The notes under the pieces are model-generated. The model searched no databases, was not told where the DNA came from, and saw nothing but the letters and a program-made list of their open reading frames with translations. Below, in pieces: positions 1 to 7,936 of a stretch of DNA of 64,000 bases (within the stretch, counting starts at the first letter, position 1; each line of letters opens with the position of its first letter). The DNA is from an uncultured Chloroflexia bacterium (GTDB lineage: Bacteria; Chloroflexota; Dehalococcoidia; GIF9; UBA5629). The stretch covers positions 23,959 to 87,958 of the forward strand of contig CAWKFY010000033.1 in NCBI GenBank assembly GCA_963848815.1, written 5' to 3'. The position numbers and the translations under genes were made by a program.

Positions 1-17
1 CAAGGCACGCCCCTACA
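1..17. repeat. Partial copy (3' end) of the TGTAGGG...CCCTACA palindromic repeat family, cut by the window edge
   Basis: 'aaggcACGCCCCTACA' matches the 3' end 'aaggtACGCCCCTACA' of the copy at 37501-37562. Confidence 0.4.
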
Positions 18-47
18 GAGGCTTTACAAGAAGGAAACGCGATGGCT

Positions 48-578
48 TCAGCTTTCGCATTCGAGGAGCAGCCAGCGAAGGTCATCTTCCGTAGCGGTCT
101 CATGTTGCACCGCTGCGTAAGGATTCCTTCCCATGTTTATGACGGTCTCAAGCGCTTCGTCCACGGTCAGCTTGTGCTTGTAAACCAGCCAGGCGGCAAG
201 TACATGCCCGGTCCTGCCCGTCCCTTTGGAACAATGAACGACGACCGGCTCCCCTTTGGCAACGGACTCCTCGAAAAACGGGAATATTTTTTCTTTAAGT
301 AAGGCGATGCTGCTGAGGTGAAAATCCTCAATCGGCGCCCAACAGACATTGTCCCGGCCAAATTCCCGGTAGTACGTATCCAGCAGGTCTTCCGAGTAAA
401 AGACGAGTTGATTATCGGGAAGCAGGCAACAGACGCGCTTGATCCCATGCTCCTTCATAAAGGAAACCCATTCCATAACGCTGTCCTGCGATACCGACCT
501 GGAGTTAAAGCCCGGCCTTTCGGAACCGAACACGAATTTTTCCTCTTCGAAGGCAGGCCCAAAATTGAATTGTTCCAT
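48..578 (-). CDS. Cys-based protein tyrosine / dual-specificity phosphatase
   Basis: 176-aa ORF carrying the P-loop signature HCxxGxxR(T/S) as 'VHCSKGTGRTGHV'. Confidence 0.75.
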   Translation of the reverse strand: MEQFNFGPAFEEEKFVFGSERPGFNSRSVSQDSVMEWVSFMKEHGIKRVCCLLPDNQLVFYSEDLLDTYYREFGRDNVCWAPIEDFHLSSIALLKEKIFPFFEESVAKGEPVVVHCSKGTGRTGHVLAAWLVYKHKLTVDEALETVINMGRNPYAAVQHETATEDDLRWLLLECES

Positions 579-825
579 GATTTATAAACCGGTATTCTAC
601 ACTCAAAAACGGTTTCTAACAATTAAAACAAAAGTCCGATCAAGAACGAAAATGGCCGGGTCTAAAAATTTTACACATTTTTAACCCGACATTAACGCCG
701 TCATAAACTCGTGCTGGTAATATGAAAGCGGAGAAGGGATCAAAGCCATCCGTGCCAAAGTACCTTGAAGGTGTGCGTTGAATGCGTCTAAATTGACGTT
801 TGGTCATTTAAGGAGGTATTTAAAT

Positions 826-1149
826 ATGGCTACAAAGCAAAAGCAGGACCCCAAACAGGAACGGGAAGCGCTGAGGTTTCTCGCCGAGGTGCCCGAAGAG
901 CATGTGTTCCACTGCATGGACGGGCGTATTCTGAAGGACATGAAGGACCTCCAGGAAGCCCTGGACCTCATGTCCGATGAGACCTTTGCCCATCACTCGA
1001 ATTTAGAAAAGACGGATTTCAGCAACTGGGTGGCCCAGGTAATCGGAGACAATAAGCTGGCAGATGACCTGGAAAACCTGGTGGAACGAGTCCAGGCTGC
1101 CGAAATCGTGGCCGACAGAATTGCCAGTCTCGAGAAAATGGCGGCCTGA
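826..1149 (+). CDS. Small stand-alone DUF5752-like protein (hypothetical)
   Basis: ATG at 826 lies 8 nt after AGGAGG, so the track ORF start at 778 (TTG) is less likely. The motif 'FAHHSNLEKTDFSNWVAQVIGDNKLADDL' matches both C-terminal repeats of the MscS protein at 25644-27017 ('SNDFALWVEDAL', 'SNDFSVWIRDSF'). The DUF5752 family name is from memory. Confidence 0.6.
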   Translation: MATKQKQDPKQEREALRFLAEVPEEHVFHCMDGRILKDMKDLQEALDLMSDETFAHHSNLEKTDFSNWVAQVIGDNKLADDLENLVERVQAAEIVADRIASLEKMAA

Positions 1150-1683
1150 GTCCTGAACCAGAAGAGTTGAACTGGCTGACATGACTGCAGCATAAGCTGT
1201 GGTCAGGTTCTGCATAGCACGCCTGACCAGCAGGCTTTAATTGAGCGGTGAGCATTTATCGAGAGCTATATTAAGGAAGCGTCGATGATAAATGGAATAA
1301 TGGTTGAACCCGGTCTGCCCGCGGGATATCGTCCGGCGCAGCCGGATTTGTTCAGCACCTCAGGCAACGCCTTCTTGCAGGCCGAGGCCCGGACACGCGG
1401 CGCCGGGCAGCCGCTGTTTTTCAGGGTGCCGCGAGTAAAAAGACCACCGGTCAAAGGAAGTTATTTACGGTCGATATCCGGGGATGGATTAGATTCCTAT
1501 TATTTTGCTTTGGCGTCTTACTGGCTGTTGTCGGCGGTTTAGCATTTTCAGCGAATGTAGCCATTGCAGCCGTACGTACCATTTTCGGCTTTGTAACCGG
1601 CCTCGCACATGTCCGGGTTTACAAAGAGGGAAATGATTGATTGCCCTGCTCACGGACAGGCTGGCATGATGGCAGTGATCGCG

Positions 1684-2862
1684 TCACTCAGCCCTGTTTT
1701 TCGCAAATAGAAAAACAGGCAAGGCGGCGAGTTGCACAATTACAGAGAATGCAATAAGCACTGGAATCGACCAGTCATATAACAGTCCCATAGCCGCGCT
1801 GCCCAGGAACCAGGCAACGCCGAAGCCGGTGTCGAAGACGCCAAAGGCGGTGCTGCGTTTCTCTTTGGCGACAATTCCCGTCAGTATAGCCTTTATCAGA
1901 GAATCCTGAGCTCCGAGGCCGATGCCCCACAGTATCATCCCGATAAGGGCCATGTTGAAATTCCCCAGGAACACAAAAGGCGCAAAGAATGCCGAAAGGA
2001 AAAAAGCGATGAGCAGGGCTGTAAATCCTATCTTGTCGAACAGCTTGCCGAAGACAAAGGCTGCGATGGCGCCCGTCGCCATGGCAACGGCGTATAAGAC
2101 CGGGATAATTTCGCTGGAAACGCTGCCCACTTTCTGGAAGTGAAAGGAAATCAGGGCGAAATCGGCAAATCCGGCTGCGATCAGCGCCCCTGCCAGGATA
2201 TAAAGCCAGTAAGCCCGGGAGAATCCTTTGGTCTGAAGGTATTTGGGCGCTTTGAGCTCGAAGTCCTGCGGCCGTGGATACATAACCCTTGCGACCGCAA
2301 GCGTTGCCAGGCACAAAAGGGCGGAGATCAACAGGATGGCGAAGCCATCACGGTAGCCTCCTTTCAAATACAGGACGAGGGCAACCACCAGAGGGCCGAT
2401 CGTTGCTCCTCCCTGGTCCAGCGCTTCATTCAGCCCGAATACCCACCCTGCCCCCATTTGCCCGGTAGTGTAGGAAAGCATGGTCTCGACGTTGGGCCGC
2501 CTGATGGCCCGTCCCGTCCTCTCCAGGATCATCAGCGCTGCGGCGGCCGGCCAACTCCCGGCCAGCGCCAGGGCTGGAACGGCAAACATATTAATGGCAT
2601 AGCCGATGAAAGTAATAAGCCAGAATTTCCGTGTCTTTTCGCCGATGTAGCCCGTGACTGAACGAAGGCTGTAGCCAATCAGCTCCCCGAACCCGGCCAC
2701 GAGACCTACGATTGTCCCGTTGGCTCCAAGCGTGGCGAGGAAAGGCCCCATGATGCTGCGGCCTCCCTCGTAGGTGAAATCTGCAAATAAATTGACGATG
2801 CCGATGATTATCACGAAACGCAATGCCAGTTGTGCCAGACTACCTTTATTCATCATCGTCAA
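1684..2862 (-). CDS. MFS transporter
   Basis: 392-aa polytopic hydrophobic ORF with about 12 predicted TM segments and typical MFS loop composition. Confidence 0.75.
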   Translation of the reverse strand: MTMMNKGSLAQLALRFVIIIGIVNLFADFTYEGGRSIMGPFLATLGANGTIVGLVAGFGELIGYSLRSVTGYIGEKTRKFWLITFIGYAINMFAVPALALAGSWPAAAALMILERTGRAIRRPNVETMLSYTTGQMGAGWVFGLNEALDQGGATIGPLVVALVLYLKGGYRDGFAILLISALLCLATLAVARVMYPRPQDFELKAPKYLQTKGFSRAYWLYILAGALIAAGFADFALISFHFQKVGSVSSEIIPVLYAVAMATGAIAAFVFGKLFDKIGFTALLIAFFLSAFFAPFVFLGNFNMALIGMILWGIGLGAQDSLIKAILTGIVAKEKRSTAFGVFDTGFGVAWFLGSAAMGLLYDWSIPVLIAFSVIVQLAALPVFLFAKNRAE

Positions 2863-2940
2863 TTAGCTCTGAGGCGCAGTGAAAATGGGATGCCCTGAAT
2901 GCAGTCCCCGGCGCCGCCCTCCGGGGAAAACACTGATAAA

Positions 2941-3180
2941 CTATCTGCCGGGTGCGATGCAATGGCTATCGCCCCATGCCCCTGCGCACACGCTTGAATT
3001 GTTGCCCCTGGTCAGGTTCTCGGATTGAGTGCAAGAGCATTTGCCCCAGCTCTGGTTGTACGGAAGTGTCCAGTTGTCGGAGACGCTTGCGGAAGAAGGC
3101 GTGGCCTCGAAGGCGGCGACTACCATCAAACACGCGGCCGCGGCCAACAGAGACATTGCAAATAATTTAACCGTCTTCAT
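2941..3180 (-). CDS. Small secreted Cys-rich peptide, paralog 1 (79 aa)
   Basis: Start MKTVKLF at 3180 follows a purine-rich GGAAAGAGAG. Hydrophobic N-terminus ends in 'PSSA'. The mature part has 4 Cys and ends 'CIAPGR'. It is a paralog of 4277-4573 with shared blocks DNWT(L/M)PYNQ.WG, ENLT and AWG(D/N)S.CIAPGR. Confidence 0.7.
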   Translation of the reverse strand: MKTVKLFAMSLLAAAACLMVVAAFEATPSSASVSDNWTLPYNQSWGKCSCTQSENLTRGNNSSVCAGAWGDSHCIAPGR

Positions 3181-3254
3181 AGTTTTGCTCTCTTTCCGAT
3201 ATGAAGTTTTTCCCCCTTCCTGTAAAAGAGCATAGCACCGGACATATAAAATAA

Positions 3255-3294
3255 TTGCAAAATTGCGGCCGAAAAGATTGCGAATATATGACAA
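3255..3294 (-). promoter_or_regulatory. Conserved 40-nt upstream box, copy 1
   Basis: TTGCAAAATTGCGGCCGAAAAGATTGCGAATATATGACAA is 37/40 identical to 4659-4698. It lies 75-114 nt upstream of the peptide start at 3180 and 68 nt upstream of the divergent lipoprotein pseudogene. Confidence 0.55.
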
Positions 3295-3361
3295 TGCGTC
3301 TGCGGTACCGGATTCTTATTCTGCAGGTAACTTTTCCTATATAATTAACAGTAGATTGGGA

Positions 3362-4044
3362 ATGGAACGGAAAGATACAATTATCATGCTGGCAGCCTTG
3401 CTGGCCAGCGCCCTGGCTGCAGCAGGCTGCATTAATTCTGCTGTTCAACCTGGGGATAATTCATCAATTACGGCCACACCAACATCTGGAAACTCAGCCG
3501 GAATAAGCTCAGTCGACGCAATGTCGTCAAACGGTCTGAAACTTTCTCTGTCGCTCGACTCGACAACGCTTCGCTCCGGGCAGGAAGTGACGATAAGCAT
3601 CGACGAGCGGAATACATTGCCGGTAGAGAATAAAGTTCTTTAGTCGCACAACTGGGCGTATAGGCGGATTAAGCCTGGGTCCGTGCGGAACTATCAACTA
3701 TCCTTTCGGAGTGGCTATCTTTCAAGGAGATTATTCCTCCGCCGATGTTTCAACGGCCAAACCGCTGCAGCTTTACGACCCTGGCGCAACGTATCACTGC
3801 CCTATGATATTAGCTGTAACTGCGTACAATTTTCAGCCTTCCGGAGACGTTGCCGCTATTTTCGATAGCGGCAATTCTGCTCCTTTCAGCACTGCTCAGA
3901 TGAAGGCGGAGGTTAGGGCGAGCGGATACTGGACAGGCAACCCGTCTGCGACCCTGACCGACTTTACTCCCGGGGTTTATACCGTAGTTAGCCGGGGACG
4001 AATGGGGCACAACGGCAGTGCTTCATTTCGTTGTATCCAGGTAA
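3362..4044 (+). pseudogene. Decayed lipoprotein, X-module paralog of the N-terminal half of 7937-9605
   Basis: Lipobox 'LAAAGC'. Track ORFs 3263-3643 and 3711-4088 are pieces of one gene. Compared with the paralog it has an in-frame TAG at 3641-3643 (GCT in the paralog), a +1 shift near 3655-3670 and a +1 shift near 3990. The restored C-terminus is 'AGDEWGTTAVLHFVVSR*'. Confidence 0.7.
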
Positions 4045-4113
4045 AAGATATCCTGGACTGCCGGCATACCTGCTATAATTCCTCCTGAAGTGAATTTAGT
4101 AAGGAGACAAAAT

Positions 4114-4221
4114 ATGGGAAGCAAAGGCAGAAGAAACGAAAAAAAACCTAAGAAACAAGTGGAATCCAAGAAACAAATAGGCAAGGCGCCGGATAATTCA
4201 GGACAGAAGAAAAAATTCTAG
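4114..4221 (+). CDS. Possible 35-aa lysine-rich miniprotein
   Basis: ATG lies 6 nt after a strong AAGGAGA. Sequence is MGSKGRRNEKKPKKQVESKKQIGKAPDNSGQKKKF. It is below the ORF-track length cut-off and I recognise no homolog. Confidence 0.3.
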   Translation: MGSKGRRNEKKPKKQVESKKQIGKAPDNSGQKKKF

Positions 4222-4276
4222 TTTCCTTAATACTAGACAACAGCATTTCGGCCGGCCATAGCAGTCGCAGATAAAC

Positions 4277-4573
4277 CTACCTGCCCGGTGCGATGCAGCG
4301 GCTGTTGCCCCAGGCGGTGGCGCATGTGCCGAAGTTATTACTGGGCGTCAGGTTCTCGGCCGGGGTGCATGAACTCTGGCCCCAGGAAACAGCACAGCCG
4401 ATGAAACTGCCCCCGTTCCCGGCGGCGCTATTACCCCAGAACTGATTGTAAGGCATGGTCCAGTTGTCGTAGCCCACGTATGCCGAGGACGGCGCAACAT
4501 CGAAGGCGGCAATTACCGCCAGGCATGCCACCAGCGCAAGCATTGACAGTCCCAATATTCTAAACATCTTCAT
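4277..4573 (-). CDS. Small secreted Cys-rich peptide, paralog 2 (98 aa)
   Basis: Hydrophobic N-terminus followed by 'PSSA', 4 Cys in the mature part and a C-terminal 'CIAPGR'. Paralog of 2941-3180. Confidence 0.7.
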   Translation of the reverse strand: MKMFRILGLSMLALVACLAVIAAFDVAPSSAYVGYDNWTMPYNQFWGNSAAGNGGSFIGCAVSWGQSSCTPAENLTPSNNFGTCATAWGNSRCIAPGR

Positions 4574-4658
4574 GGCTTTACCCTCTTATCCCTATATATC
4601 TCAATATACATCAAGTTGGCCTTCATGTATACGATTATAGTATTAGCGTATTAAAAAG

Positions 4659-4698
4659 TTGCAAAATTGCGGCCGAAAAGATGGCAAATATATAACAA
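4659..4698 (-). promoter_or_regulatory. Conserved 40-nt upstream box, copy 2
   Basis: TTGCAAAATTGCGGCCGAAAAGATGGCAAATATATAACAA lies 86-125 nt upstream of the start at 4573. On the minus strand a TTGCAA is followed about 19 nt later by TATAAT. Confidence 0.55.
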
Positions 4699-4746
4699 AG
4701 GGCGTTGTAACTTTAAGGGGCTGCCAGGGCAATGTATTGGAAGGTC

Positions 4747-5544
4747 TTATTGTTTGATGTCGTTGGCCGTCATTTTGCGTTGCCGTATAAATAAAACTAT
4801 GAAAATGATCACGGCGGCTATGATGACCCCGATGGCCGTTAACTGCGCCTGTTTCAGGCCGAGGAACACCACCTCGTTGTCCCGCCAGGTAAACACGATT
4901 ATTTGACTTACGGAATAGCCCAGGACGTAGATAAAAAACAGGATGCCCGGCTTCAGCTTGTTGCGTAACCACCAGAGAAGGCCGAATAGCAATATGTCTA
5001 TTAAGGCCTCATAAACCGCCGCCGGATGGTAGGCTATGTCATGGCGGGGTGCGAACGAGTAGGGGTTGGCGTACACCACTCCCCAGGGAAGGTTGGTAGG
5101 GTAACCGATGACGTCCCCGTTGATTAAATTGCCTATGCGCCCGAAGAATTGGCCTACGACAGCGAAAAGCGCCATGACGTCCAGGAGTTTCAAGATTGAG
5201 ATTTTGAGCCGCCGGCACACAATTATCAGCGTGATCAGCACTGCGAAGATGGCCCCGTAGAAGGCCATACCCCCTTCCCAGAATGCCAGGATGCGCCACG
5301 GCTCCGCCAGGTACGGTCCCAGGGGCTGCTGGATGACATAATATAGCCTGGCGCCGACCAGCCCGGCGGGGATGCTCCAATAGACGACCGTTTCCATCTG
5401 GCTCTGAGTCAACCCCCTGGACATGGCATAAGGCCATGCCACCAGCAGTCCGACCGCAATGCCCACGACGTACATCAAGCCGTACCAGTGGACGGCCAGG
5501 GGGCCGAGCGAAAATGCCACAGGGTTTATATTGATAATTATCAT
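4747..5544 (-). CDS. lgt: Prolipoprotein diacylglyceryl transferase
   Basis: 265-aa membrane protein with Lgt hallmarks 'HWYGLMY', 'FGRIGNLINGD' and 'HPAAVYE'. Confidence 0.9.
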   Translation of the reverse strand: MIIININPVAFSLGPLAVHWYGLMYVVGIAVGLLVAWPYAMSRGLTQSQMETVVYWSIPAGLVGARLYYVIQQPLGPYLAEPWRILAFWEGGMAFYGAIFAVLITLIIVCRRLKISILKLLDVMALFAVVGQFFGRIGNLINGDVIGYPTNLPWGVVYANPYSFAPRHDIAYHPAAVYEALIDILLFGLLWWLRNKLKPGILFFIYVLGYSVSQIIVFTWRDNEVVFLGLKQAQLTAIGVIIAAVIIFIVLFIRQRKMTANDIKQ

Positions 5545-5656
5545 CAGTTCACTCTCGAGGCCAGCCTGACAAGCATGTCCTGCAAACTCATTATTTCCCG
5601 GTCAACCCGTACAGCTTGCGGTAGGCCTTCTTTTTAGTTTATTGTACGGCAGTCTT

Positions 5657-6730
5657 TCACGGCTTAACATTTATTGTAAAACCGACATCGGTCCAGGCTT
5701 TATCATTCAACCAGCATATGTAAATAAATTGATATGTCCCGGGTGCAACCTCGTGAGTGGTTCTTATTGTAATCGTCGGATGATAGATAGTATTGTTGTA
5801 TATAGCGAATTCCGACGGTTCCATGGTTATATCCAAACCGGAGACCATGGGAAGATAATTTGCTGAAAGTCCCTCTTGGCTAAACGATTGGGAGCCCGGT
5901 CCCACCCTGTCAAGAGTGAACCTGCATCTGGTCCCCTGTTCTATATCTTTAAGGACTTTATAGGTTAAGTTGAGGCTATTTGTTTCGCCAGCCGCCAAAT
6001 CAACCGAATAATTATCAGTTGAAATTCTCGACTGTCGAAAGATAGATACACCAGGTATTACACCTATTCTCCCGGTGGTGGATACAAATATGGGTAGAGA
6101 GTCTGTATCTATTTCATCTCCAAGTGTGGCGACAGCCTCAATGGGTGTACCCAATGCCCGGAATATGAAAGACCCATCTTTTTCTTCATTTAGTTGCATA
6201 CCGTTGACCTTGACAATAGCCTGAGAATTTGAGACAGAGCCGGTGATGGTCAGTGGCACTTTACTGTAATCTGTGGTGCGGTCATAGTGCGGCCAATTCA
6301 AATTAACCGTCAGTGGCGGTGAAAAAGTCAGAGTGATTGAGTTACTTGTAATACTGGTTCCCTGGCCGGTTTTTATCTCTATCTTGTTTATTCCTGGCGT
6401 CAAGTCCAAAAAGACGTAATAGTTGCCGTCCTGATCGATGACGGCCGGAATATCATTAACCGTAACATCTATGTCCGACGAGGGAACACTTCCTGTGAAC
6501 TTGACCAGATTCACGTGAACTGTCTTGCAGTCTGAATTAGCATTGATTATTGCCGGGGCCTGCTGGTAGGTGGGCTGAGGGTTTTCGGAAATATTTTCCC
6601 AAGCCGGCGACGCCGGTTTAGAAGTTATATTTTCCGCAGCAGTCGTCGTCGCAGGTTTTACAATACAACCTGAAAGTGCCAGGATGCAGGAGATAGCAAG
6701 CACGCCCAAAGTAATCGGCTTCGTATCCAT
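5657..6730 (-). CDS. Lipoprotein with repeated beta-rich (Ig-like) segments
   Basis: Signal peptide plus lipobox 'LALSGC'. The rest is Thr/Ser/Asn/Val-rich beta-type sequence with no catalytic motif. Confidence 0.65.
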   Translation of the reverse strand: MDTKPITLGVLAISCILALSGCIVKPATTTAAENITSKPASPAWENISENPQPTYQQAPAIINANSDCKTVHVNLVKFTGSVPSSDIDVTVNDIPAVIDQDGNYYVFLDLTPGINKIEIKTGQGTSITSNSITLTFSPPLTVNLNWPHYDRTTDYSKVPLTITGSVSNSQAIVKVNGMQLNEEKDGSFIFRALGTPIEAVATLGDEIDTDSLPIFVSTTGRIGVIPGVSIFRQSRISTDNYSVDLAAGETNSLNLTYKVLKDIEQGTRCRFTLDRVGPGSQSFSQEGLSANYLPMVSGLDITMEPSEFAIYNNTIYHPTITIRTTHEVAPGTYQFIYICWLNDKAWTDVGFTINVKP

Positions 6731-6873
6731 TATTCCTCCCCATTCCGCTTGTTATGGCATTACTATAATACGCTTCTGTGATTTCGTACGCCAATCCCTT
6801 GCGACCCTATTAAATCCGGGTTGACGCCGGTCGAAAAATGGTATAGCTTATAAGACAATCACAGGCAAGGGAG

Positions 6874-7926
6874 ATGGATTTCAAAATGTTAAATGTGCGG
6901 GCTGCCTCAATAGTTTTTCTGTTTGCTTTACTGTCTTTTACGGGTTGCGTTCAGACGGTCCAGCCGCTGACGCCGCCGGTTTCAGGTACTGTATCTGCCT
7001 CCACTGATAATTCCAGCGCGCAGAGCAGTGCCGCAACTTCCAATTCTCCTCTTCCGCCACTGGTCCCGCCCGGTAGGGGCGGCGTATATTCTGTGGGGCT
7101 GGCTATTTCACCGGATAAAACGGCTTACCCATCAGGAGAACTCGTTCAATTGAATGTGACAGTGATGAACAATTCATCGCTGAATTCGCAGCCGGTCACT
7201 ATCAATCCGTATCCGCCCCGCATAGACCTTGAAGTGCCGGTGTCCCCTGCTACGGGAGCTACGGATCTCTGGAGGCTATCGAACAGTGTGATAAAGACTT
7301 TTCCTGCCGGGACCGGCACAAAAACTTTTATTGCAGGGGAAAATATAACTTATCAATTGACCTGGGACCAGAAAGATAACGATGGTAAACAGGTGTCGCC
7401 ATGCTGGTATTTTTTCGACTATAAATTACAAGCTAATAACGGGTCCCAAAATTGGGGTTCCGGTGGAGCCGGTAAGGTATTACTCATCCAGTACCCGCAG
7501 GGCGCCATGAAGAAAACGATCCAGGTAAACCAATCCAAAAGAATAGAAAATCTGACCCTATCGATGGATGGAGGCGGGAGCCGGTCGATTGACCTTGTAT
7601 TACAACTCAAGCAAGTTGTGCTGAATGATATGGGCGCCAGCTTCCTGGTAGTTGCCAGCTCTCCCAGTCATCCCACGCCGGATTACAACGGCATAGGATG
7701 GGCCGGCTCTTCCGAAGCTGAATATATCGTTGACGGCGTTACTAAATATGCGAGGAGCGCTAATAGCCAGGTTACAGGCAACGGAGTTCAGCTGCGCTGG
7801 GGCGACGTAAATAATAAAGATTACTATCTTGATCCTATCCCCGCGGACGCCAAACAGCTTGTATTTATAATGACAGGTTTTGCCAACTGGAAAGGGCCAT
7901 GGCAATTTCAGGTTCCACTTCGGTGA
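6874..7926 (+). CDS. Lipoprotein, Y-module only
   Basis: RBS AAGGGAG and lipobox 'LSFTGC'. Paralog of the C-terminal half of 7937-9605, with shared blocks 'IKTFPAG', 'TWDQKDNDGKQ', 'LIQYPQGAM', 'VNQSKRI' and 'GFANWKGPW.FQVPL'. Confidence 0.7.
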   Translation: MDFKMLNVRAASIVFLFALLSFTGCVQTVQPLTPPVSGTVSASTDNSSAQSSAATSNSPLPPLVPPGRGGVYSVGLAISPDKTAYPSGELVQLNVTVMNNSSLNSQPVTINPYPPRIDLEVPVSPATGATDLWRLSNSVIKTFPAGTGTKTFIAGENITYQLTWDQKDNDGKQVSPCWYFFDYKLQANNGSQNWGSGGAGKVLLIQYPQGAMKKTIQVNQSKRIENLTLSMDGGGSRSIDLVLQLKQVVLNDMGASFLVVASSPSHPTPDYNGIGWAGSSEAEYIVDGVTKYARSANSQVTGNGVQLRWGDVNNKDYYLDPIPADAKQLVFIMTGFANWKGPWQFQVPLR

Positions 7927-7936
7927 GGGGATAAGA

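Noticed and set aside
640-700. Imperfect hairpin CGGGTcTAAAAAT-tttacac-ATTTTTAACCCG in the divergent region between the phosphatase and the DUF5752-like gene
   Set aside because: It lies in a promoter region rather than at a 3' end and is AT-rich with a weak stem. It could be an operator, but there is no second copy or partner regulator to support a call.
1548-1610. 20-aa minus-strand mini-ORF MCEAGYKAENGTYGCNGYIR in the 530-nt gap between the DUF5752-like gene and the MFS gene. It has two Cys and faintly echoes the C-terminal style of the CIAPGR peptides.
   Set aside because: It has no SD, no signal sequence and no paralog or repeat support. It is too short to distinguish from chance. The other ORFs in this gap (1266-1454, 1285-1542) are equally unconvincing.
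3641-3643. In-frame TAG in the X-module lipoprotein as possible stop-codon recoding (for example pyrrolysine or read-through)
   Set aside because: The same gene also carries two +1 frameshifts relative to its paralog, the paralog has an ordinary GCT at this codon, and no pyl genes are seen. Ordinary decay is the simpler reading.
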